This document shows, piece by piece, positions 33,763-45,771 of a DNA stretch of 64,000 bases (positions within the stretch are counted from its first letter, which is position 1; every line of letters begins with the position of its first letter). Both the position numbers and the translations under genes were made by a program. Below the pieces are notes generated by a model. That model saw only the letters and a list, made by a program, of their open reading frames with translations, ran no database searches and was not told the origin of the DNA. Origin of the DNA: Candidatus Marinacidobacterales bacterium (GTDB lineage: Bacteria > Acidobacteriota > Vicinamibacteria > Marinacidobacterales > DATDRI01); assembly GCA_965226495.1 (NCBI GenBank), contig OZ245365.1:5664001-5728000 (forward strand), given 5' to 3'.

Positions 33763-34812
33763 ATGAAGAAAAACAAGAGGCTAACAGAGCTAGTCACCAG
33801 TGCCGGGTGAGCGTCCAAACTGAGTCCAGTGGACCTCGCCCAGGTACTGGGAGGCTTGCCGAAAAACGAAGACCCTCGGGTACTGGCCGATTATCGTGAG
33901 GCCAGCGACGCCGGGGTGTATCTTCTGGACGGTGAGGACGGGAGCGACGCTCTCGTTCAGACCGTAGATTTCTTCACTCCGATTGTCGACGACCCATACG
34001 TCTACGGTGCGGCGACGGCCGCCAACTCTTTGTCCGATCTCTACGCCATGGCCGCCACTCCGATGACGGCTCTCTCGATCGTCGGGTTCCCTAAAGCGGG
34101 CGTCGATTTTTCGATTCTCGCCGAGATACTTCGGGGTGGACACGACAAGCTCCACGAAGCGGGGGCGGTACTGCTCGGTGGCCATACCGTGCAGGATCCC
34201 GAGATTAAACTCGGTTATGCGGTAACGGGCAGAGTAAAGCGGGATGCGCTGGTTCGCAATGGTGGTGCACGGATGGGCGATCTACTCTATCTCACCAAGC
34301 CGATTGGCACCGGCGTTCTCTCTACCGCTCTCAAGAAAAGGAAGCTCAGCGACGACGCGGTCGCGGCCCTTCATCGGAACCTCGTTACCCTCAACCGAGC
34401 CGCCTCCGACGCGATGCGGGAGATCGGGGTTTCCTCCGCGACCGATATTACGGGCTTTGGTCTGCTCGGTCACGCGGCGGAGATGGCGCGAGCGAGCTCG
34501 GCGGCTCTCGAAATAGAAGCCGTATCAGTACCGCTACTGCCCGAGGCGATCCATCATCAGAAGAAAGGCCACGTGACCGGAGGGCTGGAGACGAATCGCA
34601 GCTACGTCGAGGACGTCCTCGAGATTGCCGGCCAGGTCGATCGCCATCTGTTGGACTTACTACTGGATCCGCAGACTTCGGGGGGACTTCTCATTGCCGT
34701 TCCCGAGGCGAAGGACGAACCCTTCCGGCAAGCGCTCACCGCCAAGAAGACCGCGGCGGCCAGGATCGGTCGTGTCGTTTCGGAGGAGGCGGCGAAGATC
34801 GTCGTTGTTTGA
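33763..34812 (+). CDS. selD: Selenide, water dikinase; selenoprotein with in-frame UGA at 33808-33810
   Basis: MKKNKRLTELVTSAG(U)ASKLSP is in frame with ORF 33829..34812; QTVDFFTPIVDDPY, AANSLSDLYAM, GGHT, TDITGFGLLGH, DPQTSGGLL. Confidence 0.95.
33813..33854 (+). promoter_or_regulatory. Candidate bacterial SECIS hairpin(s)
   Basis: GUCC-AA-ACUG[AGUC]CAGU-GGAC (33813-34) and CCU-CG-CCCAG[GUA]CUGGG-AGG (33834-54) directly 3' of the UGA. Confidence 0.55.
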
Positions 34813-34881
34813 GTTTCCAGTCCTCGAGCGGCACGTCCTTTCAGACTCCACACTAAGAGCCGCGGCTTGCAGTTCGTGTCG

Positions 34882-35018
34882 GGCGTCAAAATGGCGGGTT
34901 GCTCGTAGTTAGGCTAGCCAGACCCTCGTAGTTCTTGCTGGGCGTCCAGTTGGCGTACTGATAAGTTCCTGCTAGCCGCCCAAACACCTGGTTGCCAATC
35001 CCAAGCTAGCCAGGCGGC
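34882..35018 (-). repeat. Tandem array of three copies (E1-E3) of the 44-45 bp element between selD and atpF'
   Basis: Units start at 34882, 34941 and 34975; E3 reverse complement is GCCGCC-TGGCTAGC...TGGCAAC...TTTG-GGCGGC. Confidence 0.7.
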
Positions 35019-35181
35019 GGGCGGCGCTATCGGTCGCGGGAGGACGCCGGTTAAGTCTCGCCCTTTAAAGGGCTCGTTTCGTTGACGGAGCCCTTTCGGC
35101 GTGTTATCTTTAAAGGCTTTGTGCGGCTCATATCGCACAAATCTCAAGATAGTTTAGGAAGAAGTTGGCTAGGAGCTAGGG

Positions 35182-35610
35182 TTGATCAGTGTCGATTTTT
35201 CCGCCCTCATCATTACAGCACTCGTTTTTACCCTTGTCCTGGTGCTCGGCCGATTCTTCTTCCAGCCTCTTGCCGGCGCGATGGAAGAGCGCCAAAACCG
35301 GATCGACGCTGCGGAGAACATACGTGCCGAAACGATGAAGGAGGTCGAGGAGATCCTTGCCACCCACCGCGAAGCCATGAGCCACGCCCGCGACGAGGGC
35401 TATCAGGTTCTGGATACGGCTCGGTCGGCTGGTCAAGCGGAAGCGGATCGCCACTTCGGCGCCGAGCGTGAGAAGACACTCCAGGACATGGCGCGAGCGC
35501 GAGAGGAGCTTCGACAGCAGGGCGAAGCAGCACTCAGGTCCCTCGAGTCCGAATCCGATCGGTTGGCTTCGGAGATCGCTTCGCGCATCCTTGGGAGGAA
35601 AGTGGCTTGA
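35182..35610 (+). CDS. atpF: ATP synthase F0 subunit b'
   Basis: N-terminal TM, FFQPL...EERQNRI, charged coiled coil. Confidence 0.88.
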   Translation: MISVDFSALIITALVFTLVLVLGRFFFQPLAGAMEERQNRIDAAENIRAETMKEVEEILATHREAMSHARDEGYQVLDTARSAGQAEADRHFGAEREKTLQDMARAREELRQQGEAALRSLESESDRLASEIASRILGRKVA

Positions 35611-36170
35611 AGCTGCGGTTCATTGTCCTCGGCGTTCTTGCCTTTCTTATCGGAGGATCTGGAATAGCCGAGGCCGCATCCGGGGAAGGCGGGCACGGAC
35701 TGGATTTTCTTATCCGTGTGATCAACTTCGCAATTCTGGCTGGTGCTTTGGTATATCTGTTGAAGAAACCGCTCGGCAATTACCTCGAGGCAAAAACCGA
35801 CCAGATCCGACAAGACCTGGCGGAAGCGGCCGGGAAGCGAGAGCGGGCGGAGACCGAACGCAAGGAAGCGAAGGCCCGTCTAGAAGGACTGGACCAGGAG
35901 ATCGCGGAAGCGCGAAAGAAGGGGTTATCCGAGGCGGAGGCGGAGCGTCTACGGATCCTGGAGGCCGCAAAGGCCGACGCGATGCGTCTTGCAGAGCATG
36001 CCAAGACGGAGCTCGCGGATGAGCTCGAGCTGGCGCGCCGGAAGCTGACGGCCCGTGCCGCGGAGCTATCGGTGGAGGTGGCGCGCAAGAAGATCGGCGA
36101 GCAGATAGGCGACGACGACCGCCGTCGGCTCTTCGAAAAAGGTCTGGAGAAACTAGGAGAGGTGCGGTGA
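35607..36170 (+). CDS. atpF: ATP synthase F0 subunit b
   Basis: RVINFAILAGALVYLLKKPL followed by a coiled coil. Confidence 0.9.
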   Translation: MKLRFIVLGVLAFLIGGSGIAEAASGEGGHGLDFLIRVINFAILAGALVYLLKKPLGNYLEAKTDQIRQDLAEAAGKRERAETERKEAKARLEGLDQEIAEARKKGLSEAEAERLRILEAAKADAMRLAEHAKTELADELELARRKLTARAAELSVEVARKKIGEQIGDDDRRRLFEKGLEKLGEVR

Positions 36171-36727
36171 AACTTTCCGGGGAAGCGCTGGTAGTCGCCA
36201 ACCGCTACGCGAAAGCCCTGTTTCAGGTGGTGCTCGAAAAGAAGGCAGACGCGGAGCGGATTGATCGTGAGCTACGAGACGTTTCCGCCTTGCTCGAGGC
36301 CAACCCCGAGCTCGATAGGACGCTGGGGAGTCCGGCCGTCGTTTCGTCGAAACGCGTCGCGATCGTAAAGCAACTATTCGGCAAGAAGAAATTGAGCCGC
36401 ACCACGATGAATCTTCTCGAAGTCATGACCGCCAAAGAGCGGATGCCGATCCTTCCCATGGTGCGGACAGCCTATCGCCGACAGGTGGACGAGCACGAGA
36501 AGGTCGAGAACGCGGAAGTGTTATCTTCCTACGCGCTCTCCAAGAAGGAAGAGAAGGCGCTGATCGGAAGGCTAAGCGAGATCACCGGGAAGACCGTACG
36601 CGCCGAGTTTAGTACCGACCCCGAGCTCGTGGGGGGACTCATCATCAAGATCGGTAACCTGATTTACGACTCGAGCGTGACGACCCAGTTGGTGCGATTC
36701 AAGGAGCGTCTGCTCTCGACGCATTGA
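36167..36727 (+). CDS. atpH: ATP synthase subunit delta
   Basis: ANRYAKALF, DPELVGGLIIKIG..IYDSSV. Confidence 0.94.
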   Translation: MKLSGEALVVANRYAKALFQVVLEKKADAERIDRELRDVSALLEANPELDRTLGSPAVVSSKRVAIVKQLFGKKKLSRTTMNLLEVMTAKERMPILPMVRTAYRRQVDEHEKVENAEVLSSYALSKKEEKALIGRLSEITGKTVRAEFSTDPELVGGLIIKIGNLIYDSSVTTQLVRFKERLLSTH

Positions 36728-36748
36728 GTTTGGAAGTTCTTCAAAACC

Positions 36749-36793
36749 GGCGTCTGGCCAGCTAGATGACTAGCACCATCGTTTGTTGACGCC
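36749..36793 (+). repeat. Copy F of the 45-bp element between atpH and atpA
   Basis: GGCGTC-TGGCCA-GCTAG[ATGA]CTAGC...GTT-GACGCC. Confidence 0.7.
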
Positions 36794-36817
36794 AAACATA
36801 ACGAGGTCAAGGAGTTC

Positions 36818-38347
36818 ATGGAGATCAAAGCGGACGAGATAACAAAGGTCCTTAGAGAGCAGATCGGAGAGTACGAAGCCGGTGTCGATGTCTCAGAGGT
36901 TGGCACCGTCGTTTCGGCTGGCGACGGGATTGCGCGCGTCTACGGACTCGAGCGAGTAATGTACGGGGAGCTGGTCGAGCTACCTGACGAGGTCTTCGGT
37001 CTGGCGATGAACCTCGAAGAGGAGTCGGTCAGCTTGGTGCTTTTCGGTGACACCACCCACATCAAGGAAGGCGATACCGCGAAGCGGACCGGGCGGATTC
37101 TCCAGGTGCCGGTAGGGGATGCCATGGTCGGTCGCGTCGTCGACGCGCTCGGTCGACCAGTAGATGGCAAGGGGCCGATCCTGACTAAGGAGTTCAATCC
37201 CGTCGAACGCGTTGCCGCCGGCGTCGTGGAGCGCCAGCCGGTGAAGGAGCCGCTACAAACCGGCATCAAGGCCATCGACGCGATGATCCCCATCGGTCGT
37301 GGGCAGCGGGAGCTCATCATTGGTGACCGGCAAACCGGAAAGACCGCCATTGCAGTGGACGCGATCATCAACCAAAAGGGCAAAGGTGTCATTTGTATCT
37401 ACGTTGCAGTGGGCCAGAAGCAATCCACGGTGGCTCAGGTGGTGAGGACGCTCGAGGAGCACGGCGCCATGGAGCACAGCATCATCGTGGTGGCAGCGGC
37501 CTCCGATCCGGCATCGCTTCAGTACATCGCACCCTACGCCGGTTGCGCCATGGGCGAGCACTTTCTCTTCAAGGGTGAACACGCACTGTGCATCTACGAC
37601 GATCTATCGAAACATGCTGCCGCCTACCGTGAGATTTCACTGTTGCTCCGGCGTCCACCGGGACGCGAGGCCTATCCGGGCGACGTCTTCTATCTCCACT
37701 CCCGGTTATTGGAGCGCGCAGTGAAGCTGAGCGATGATCTAGGCGGCGGCTCGCTGACCGCTTTCCCGTTCATCGAGACGCAGGCCGGGGACATCTCGGC
37801 CTACGTGCCGACCAACGTCATTTCCATCACCGACGGACAAATCTACCTAGAGTCCGACCTCTTCCATTCAGGCGTTCGCCCTGCGGTCAACGTCGGTAAC
37901 TCCGTCAGTCGTGTAGGAGGTTCGGCGCAGATCCGAGCGATGCGACAGGTGGCGGGAACGATGCGGCTCGATCTGGCCCAGTACCGCGAGATGGCTGCCT
38001 TCGCGCAATTCGGGTCCGATCTCGACAAGGCGACGCAGGCGCAGCTGGCCAAGGGTGAGCGCTTGGTGGAGATCCTGAAACAGGACCAGTACCAACCGCT
38101 GCCGGTCGGAAAGCAAATCGCGGCCATCTTTGCCGCCAATAACGGTTTCCTGGATGACCTGCCGGTGTCGGAGTGCCGCGCGTTCGAGGCGGGACTCAAC
38201 AAGTTTCTCGACGATCGGCATCCCGGAATTCTGGCCGCCATCGACGAAAAGAAAAAGTTGGACGACGACCTGACGAAAGAGCTCTCCCAGGCGATCACGA
38301 ACTTCAAAGAAGAATATAAGTCTTCCAAAGAGGAATCGGCGGCCTAG
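36818..38347 (+). CDS. atpA: ATP synthase subunit alpha
   Basis: [36 protein letters not shown]. Confidence 0.99.
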   Translation: MEIKADEITKVLREQIGEYEAGVDVSEVGTVVSAGDGIARVYGLERVMYGELVELPDEVFGLAMNLEEESVSLVLFGDTTHIKEGDTAKRTGRILQVPVGDAMVGRVVDALGRPVDGKGPILTKEFNPVERVAAGVVERQPVKEPLQTGIKAIDAMIPIGRGQRELIIGDRQTGKTAIAVDAIINQKGKGVICIYVAVGQKQSTVAQVVRTLEEHGAMEHSIIVVAAASDPASLQYIAPYAGCAMGEHFLFKGEHALCIYDDLSKHAAAYREISLLLRRPPGREAYPGDVFYLHSRLLERAVKLSDDLGGGSLTAFPFIETQAGDISAYVPTNVISITDGQIYLESDLFHSGVRPAVNVGNSVSRVGGSAQIRAMRQVAGTMRLDLAQYREMAAFAQFGSDLDKATQAQLAKGERLVEILKQDQYQPLPVGKQIAAIFAANNGFLDDLPVSECRAFEAGLNKFLDDRHPGILAAIDEKKKLDDDLTKELSQAITNFKEEYKSSKEESAA

Positions 38348-38372
38348 CTAAGCCCAGCTAAGCCCGGCTAAG
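38347..38372 (+). repeat. About 2.6 copies of the 10-bp tandem repeat GCTAAGCCC(A/G) in the atpA-atpG spacer
   Basis: gctaagccca gctaagcccg gctaag. Confidence 0.8.
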
Positions 38373-38388
38373 AAAGCACGCACCGAGA

Positions 38389-40702
<2,314 letters not shown>

Positions 40703-40715
40703 TGGCCGTGTTTTT

Positions 40716-40759
40716 CGCCCGAGCGTGAGCGAGGGCGGCGAGTGGGGGTGGGGCCCCAC
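40716..40759. repeat. Double-hairpin REP-like element in the atpD-atpC spacer
   Basis: CGCCC..GGGCG (40716-37) and GTGGGG..CCCCAC (40742-59). Confidence 0.55.
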
Positions 40760-40789
40760 GAGCACTAATCTATTTCCGAGAACTAACTC

Positions 40790-41218
40790 ATGCCCAACCA
40801 AATCGAATTCGAAATCGTGACCCCCGAGGGAGTCTCCGTCCGCGAGGCCGTCGACGAGGTGGAAGCACCTGGCAAGGAGGGGTACTTCGGGGTGCTTCCC
40901 GGGCATACGCCGTTTTTGACTCAGCTGAAGGCCGGCACCGTCCGCTACCGTGTCGGAAAAGAAGAGCACCTGGTGAGCGTGACCTGGGGTTTCGCCGAGG
41001 TCCTTCCGTACAAAGTCACTTTGCTGGTCAGCACCGCCGAGCGCGCTGAAGACATCGATCTCCAAAGGGCAGAAACGGCTGGCGAGCGTGCGCACGAGCG
41101 CCTGGAAGAGTTCGGCGTTGCCTACGAGGTAGATAAGATACGCGAGGCTCGCGAGGCGTCGGAGCGGGCGCAGGCCCGATTGGATACCGCCCGGCGGGCG
41201 AACAAGGAGGGGCACTAG
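40790..41218 (+). CDS. atpC: ATP synthase subunit epsilon
   Basis: EIVTPEG, GYFGVLPGHTP, GFAEV, AERAEDIDL. Confidence 0.96.
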   Translation: MPNQIEFEIVTPEGVSVREAVDEVEAPGKEGYFGVLPGHTPFLTQLKAGTVRYRVGKEEHLVSVTWGFAEVLPYKVTLLVSTAERAEDIDLQRAETAGERAHERLEEFGVAYEVDKIREAREASERAQARLDTARRANKEGH

Positions 41219-41278
41219 CCTTCTCCGAGACCTTCTCCAGAACCCGCACGTCGAGCGAGTCCAATAACACGTTGGTAG

Positions 41279-41527
41279 CGCGTTGGTAACGCACTGGCAG
41301 TAACCACGATTCCCCCTCTCGCCGCGGGAGACGACCTGACGGTAGGAAAGGCACGGCTCTTGTTCGAAGGCCGCTGGTATGCTGGCAGCGCCGTTGCCAA
41401 CTACGACGTGACTCCGGAGGGCGCCCGATTTCTTATGATGCAGACGACGGAAGCCGATACCCCGACCCAGGTCAACGTGATTTTGCATTGGTTCGACGAG
41501 CTGGCGAAAAGGCTCGGGCCTTCTTGA
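41279..41527 (+). pseudogene. Orphan C-terminal fragment of a Ser/Thr kinase-TolB-like beta-propeller protein
   Basis: Manual translation ...LTVGKARLLFEGRWYAGSAVANYDVTPEGARFLMMQ...QVNVILHWFDELAKRLGPS*; no start codon ahead of this segment, in-frame TAG at 41276. Confidence 0.7.
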
Positions 41528-41577
41528 AGACTCCGCGAAGTTTGGGTACAATTTAGCTCTTATGCACACCTCCAACT

Positions 41578-41604
41578 GACACTTGGGCAACGCGCCCGAG
41601 TGTC
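41578..41604. terminator. GC-rich hairpin downstream of the atp operon
   Basis: GACACTTGGGC[AACGC]GCCCGAGTGTC, 11-bp stem with one G-U pair; no U-tract. Confidence 0.35.
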
Positions 41605-41719
41605 TCGACGCGGCAACCGGAGCTACCTTTCCGCGCTCCCCGACCGACCCCGTTCTCTCAACTTTTTAGTAATTCGTTAGAGAGTGCTACTTGTAGCGCT
41701 TCTCGAGTGATGGAACATT

Positions 41720-43160
41720 TTGGAGCAAGAAAAATTGAAACCGAATGAACAGGCCCGAGAGGCCGAGGCAGCGGAGGAACCGGGCTTTTGGGCTTCGGTA
41801 CAGGAGTCTCTCAGGGGAACCGAGACGGACTTCACCAAAGGAAGCCTGAACCGCGCGGTCGGGCTTCTCGCTGTTCCGATGGTTTTGGAGATGGCGGGGG
41901 AGTCGGTCTTCGCGGTCTGCGATGCCTTTTTTCGTCGCGCGCCTCGGATCCCATGCTCTCGCCGCAGTGGGGCTTACCGAATCCTTGCTCGAGTTCATCT
42001 ACGCCGTTGCGGTGGGGCTCAGCATGGCTACGACGGCCATGGTGGCCCGCCGCACCGGCGAGAAAGACCGGCGCGGGGCCGCACGAGCCGGGGTCCAGGC
42101 CATCGTCGTCGGAATCCTGACCGCGGTTATCTTCGGCATTGCGGGCGCCATTTTTGCGCCACGGCTTCTCGGGTTGATGGGGGCGGCACCTCAGACAGTG
42201 GAGATGGGAACCACGTACACGCGAGTGATGTACGCTGGAATGATCACCGTCCTGCTGCTCTTTCTGAACAACGCGATCTACCGGGGTGTGGGCGACGCCG
42301 CGACCGCGATGCGGGCGCTTTGGATCGCGAACGCCATCAACCTTGTCCTGGACCCTTGTTTGATCTTCGGTCTCGGCCCCTTCCCGGAGCTCGGTCTGAT
42401 GGGAGCGGCGGTGGCGACGACCATCGGGCGCAGCACCGGAGTGCTTTACCAGTTCTGGTGATTCCGGAGGAGCAAGCGTCTCAAGATGACTCGTGAAGAT
42501 GTCGCGATCGACTGGGACGTGATCGTTCGACTGCTCCGCCTATCTGCTGGAGGCGTGGGCCAGATGCTCATCGCCACCGCGAGCTACGTCGGACTCATCC
42601 GTATACTCGCCACATTCGGAAGCACCGTACTCGCCGGATACGTAATCTCCATTCGCATCGTTATCTTTGTCATTCTTCCGTCGTGGGGCTTGAGCAACGC
42701 TGCCGCAACGCTGGTGGGACAAAACTTGGGGGCTCGAAAACCCGAGCGGGCAGAGCGCGCGGTGTGGTTGACCGGGATGTGGAACACGATGTTTATGGCA
42801 GTGGTCACTGTGGTGCTTCTGATTTTTGCACCCGAGATCATACGCGTCTTCACAAGCGACTCCGAAGTGTCATCGCTCGGAATCCAGAGCCTGCGCATCA
42901 TCAGTTGCGGTTACGTGTTCTACGCATGGGGCATGGTCATGATGCAAGCATTCAACGGGGCAGGTGACACCGCGACGCCGACGTGGATCAACTTCTTTTG
43001 TTTTTGGCTATTTCAGATCCCGTTGGCCTATGTTCTGGCGAAACCCCTAGGTGTGGGGCCGGCGGGCGTCTTCATTTCCATCGCGGTTTCGTACTCGTTA
43101 TCCGCGTTCGTGGGAATCGTCCTGTTTCGTCGTGGTAAGTGGAAACAAAAGACGGTGTGA
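41720..43160 (+). pseudogene. MATE family efflux transporter; +1 frameshift in T6 (41927-32) and in-frame TGA 42459-61
   Basis: LAVPMVLEM, RGVGDA, NLVLDPCLIFG, GAAVATTIGR, VGQNLGA, AFNGAGDT; ORF 42486 is in frame with the TGA. Confidence 0.85.
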
Positions 43161-43172
43161 AGAGCGCCTGGA

Positions 43173-43931
43173 CTAAGGGGCGCGTTGCGTGGCGACGCCG
43201 TCGCTCGCATCCAAAACGAGCGTTGCGTCGAGGTCTTCCCGGCGAAGAGTTCCGAAGGCGAACATCGTGTAGGTCGCGTTTCTCGCCAGTCCATAGGGCA
43301 CGACTGGCAGTAGGGCTTCCTTCGTTCCTGTACGGCGCACCTCCAAAGGGTAGTTGCCGGCGTCGAGATTCCGATAGGGCGCTTGTTCTAGGTACTCGAC
43401 ACGACGTACTAAGGCGTTTCGGCGATTCTCCCAAAGGCCGAGAGGCGACGGAAAGTCCGACATCGCGTTGATGAGGCGTATCCGTGCTCGTTCCCCGCTC
43501 GGTGCGAGATCGTCTTGGATGTCGGTCACCCTGAGCGTGCGGGTGTCCACCAAGCCGGAGGCAATGATGGTCACCGCGTCCATCGGACCGATGTCGAAAG
43601 GTGTCTCGAGATCGACGGTACGCGGGTCGACGCCAGACTTTGGCGGGGGTATGAAAACGATGCGATGGGATCCCGGCTCGATGCGCTGGTAGCTCGTCAC
43701 CGCCGGGTAGCTGAGCCGCTCACGAAAGATCCTTCCGTCGAGACGGACTCTAGATCCGTTCAGATCCGAGCTCAGGTTTGCGACGCGGAGCCAAGTACCG
43801 GAGAAGGTTCCGACGATAGATGTGGGGTCTGACGGCCCGGTCACGTCTGGCGTGTCATCCCCGCCGTTGCACGAAAGCGGGAGCACCGTCGCAAGAACAA
43901 GGGACCACCCTCGCAGGTATTGTTTCCTCAT
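43173..43931 (-). CDS. DUF4397-like lipoprotein
   Basis: Lipobox LPLSC; two repeats LRVANLSSD / IRLINAMSD. Confidence 0.75.
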   Translation of the reverse strand: MRKQYLRGWSLVLATVLPLSCNGGDDTPDVTGPSDPTSIVGTFSGTWLRVANLSSDLNGSRVRLDGRIFRERLSYPAVTSYQRIEPGSHRIVFIPPPKSGVDPRTVDLETPFDIGPMDAVTIIASGLVDTRTLRVTDIQDDLAPSGERARIRLINAMSDFPSPLGLWENRRNALVRRVEYLEQAPYRNLDAGNYPLEVRRTGTKEALLPVVPYGLARNATYTMFAFGTLRREDLDATLVLDASDGVATQRAP

Positions 43932-44004
43932 TGGGAGTCCATTCTATCGGATGAGTCCAACTGTGAGGTATTGAAAAAAGGAAAGTTGTAAAACTGGGGG
44001 GCCG

Positions 44005-44868
44005 CTACTCGGCGCGTTGGAGCTCAGACTCGGCGGCGATATACCCGAAGGCCGGCCAATAGGGGCCCTCGACGATCTTTTGGAGGAGCTTGCGAGCCTT
44101 CGCCTCCTCTCCGTTGAAAAAGTACTGGCTGGCGAGTCCGTGGCCGTATGTCGCGAGCTCGAGAGTGGACGCGGTCTCCGGATCGATGAGCGCGTTTTCC
44201 TCCAATCGTCCTTTGTAGAAGGCGAGGAGCTTGAAGTAGGCCACCATGCGTTCGACCCTCATAGCGGGTCGGATCGGCTCCAAAACAGCCTGGGCCTCTT
44301 CGTCTCGATCGAGATGGCGGAGGGATAGATAGAGCCAGTAGGACGCGGCGATTCGGTCGTCATCGTTGGTCGCGAGATCGAGACTCTTCTGGTATGCGGT
44401 GACAGCCGTAGCGAAATCCAGTGTCAGGTAGTATGTGAGCGCGAGGTGATACGAGATGTCGAAGCTTTTGGGTTCGAGTTGGCTGGCCTTTTCTAAATCT
44501 GTCCGTGCCTTGGAGAAATCGCGAACGCTGATGTAGCGATGGCCGCGGTGTCGATAGAGCGGAGCAGAGTTGGGCCATTGCTCAATACCACGGGAGTAGG
44601 TCGCGATGGCCTGGCGGTAGAGCTTCAAGGAGCCATAGGTCAACCCTAGATCCATCAGTAGCCCCATGTTGTCGGGATCCGCAGCGAGGCGAGCTTGTGC
44701 TTCCGCGATAACACCGCGCGCGTCGGGCGAGCCGTAGAATTTTCTCCCGCTGGGGGAAATGTACTCGGGTACTTCCTGAAATGGCTGAAATGGCTGAAAT
44801 GGCTGAAATGGCTGAAGGGGCGCCAACGCCGTCGCCATCATCCAAGCCGTCAAACAGAAGAACATCAT
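44005..44868 (-). CDS. Secreted TPR protein
   Basis: Signal peptide, TPRs, LYRHRGHRYIS, C-terminal WPAFGYIAAE. Confidence 0.8.
   Translation of the reverse strand: MMFFCLTAWMMATALAPLQPFQPFQPFQPFQEVPEYISPSGRKFYGSPDARGVIAEAQARLAADPDNMGLLMDLGLTYGSLKLYRQAIATYSRGIEQWPNSAPLYRHRGHRYISVRDFSKARTDLEKASQLEPKSFDISYHLALTYYLTLDFATAVTAYQKSLDLATNDDDRIAASYWLYLSLRHLDRDEEAQAVLEPIRPAMRVERMVAYFKLLAFYKGRLEENALIDPETASTLELATYGHGLASQYFFNGEEAKARKLLQKIVEGPYWPAFGYIAAESELQRAE
44776..44816. repeat. About 4.5 copies of the 9-bp in-frame tandem repeat CTGAAATGG, encoding (QPF)n
   Basis: Read directly. Confidence 0.92.
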
Positions 44869-44881
44869 CTCCTCACAGTCC

Positions 44882-45724
44882 TCAATCGCCGCTGCCGTAG
44901 ATCAACAGTTCATCGATGGCGCCGCGGCTTCCTGCCTTCGAGTTGATCGAACGGGCGACGCGGACGCGATCCAGCATCGGTTTCGGACTGAGTACTCCAT
45001 AAAGGCTTCTTACGATCTCCGCATCGCTGTTCGACAAAATGACGAAGGCGCCCTTTTTCCTCAGAATCTCGAACACCCGCGCCAACCGTTCTTGCTCTTC
45101 GCGACCGAATCCTTCCGGCGTATAGGAGGTGAAGCGGCTGGTTGCGGAAAGAGGCTGGTAAGGTGGATCGAAGTAGATCAGATCGTTTCGACCGCAGTCG
45201 CCCACCGTCTCTTCGAAATCTACGCACAAGATCTCTACATCCTGAAGTGTTTGAGAAACGAGTCGAAGGTTTTTTTCGTCAAGGATTTTGGGGTTCGTGT
45301 ATCTCCCCAAAGGCACGTTGAATTCACCCCGCCGGTTGACTCGCCAGAGCCCGTTGTAACAGGTGCGGTTGAGGTAAATAAAGAGAGCGGCCCGCTCGAC
45401 CGGATCGCTGGGATTGCTCTGACGAACCTCATAGTAATGGTCGGGTGAATGTTTTCGCGCGTGAACCTCTAGTGCTGAGATCAATTCATCCACGGCGTCC
45501 CTAACGACGACGTACGTGTTGGTCAAGAGTGGATTGCGATCGGCGATACGACAAGTGAGCCGTGGTAGCTCGTGGCGAATCCAGAAAAAGATAGCACCTC
45601 CGCCCACGAAGGGCTCTACATAGCGCGTGAAGGTTTCTGTTGGTGAGACACGCTTGGCGATCTCTTCGATCAGCGTCGTCTTGCCGCCTGCCCACTTGAG
45701 AAAGGGATGGGGCCGGTCTTGCAA
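44882..45724 (-). CDS. dam: Dam-family (alpha class) N6-adenine DNA methyltransferase, orphan
   Basis: FLKWAGGK, YVEPFVGGGAIFF, YLNRTCYNGLWRVN..GEFNVPLG, YFDPPY, LSNSD. Confidence 0.93.
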   Translation of the reverse strand: MQDRPHPFLKWAGGKTTLIEEIAKRVSPTETFTRYVEPFVGGGAIFFWIRHELPRLTCRIADRNPLLTNTYVVVRDAVDELISALEVHARKHSPDHYYEVRQSNPSDPVERAALFIYLNRTCYNGLWRVNRRGEFNVPLGRYTNPKILDEKNLRLVSQTLQDVEILCVDFEETVGDCGRNDLIYFDPPYQPLSATSRFTSYTPEGFGREEQERLARVFEILRKKGAFVILSNSDAEIVRSLYGVLSPKPMLDRVRVARSINSKAGSRGAIDELLIYGSGD

Positions 45725-45771
45725 GCGCGATGGGCGCGAAGCCTTGCCCGCTAGGAACTTCGGTCGGCCTG

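Noticed and set aside
34882-35018. Tandem units as a CRISPR array
   Set aside because: Units are degenerate and overlapping, there are no regular unique spacers, and no cas genes are present
42459-42461. In-frame TGA in the MATE gene as selenocysteine
   Set aside because: Not a redox or Cys position, no convincing SECIS, and the gene also has a frameshift
43163-43200. AGCGCCTGGACT resembling the glmS ribozyme 5' core
   Set aside because: Far from glmS, overlaps convergent gene ends, and lacks the downstream GACGAGG
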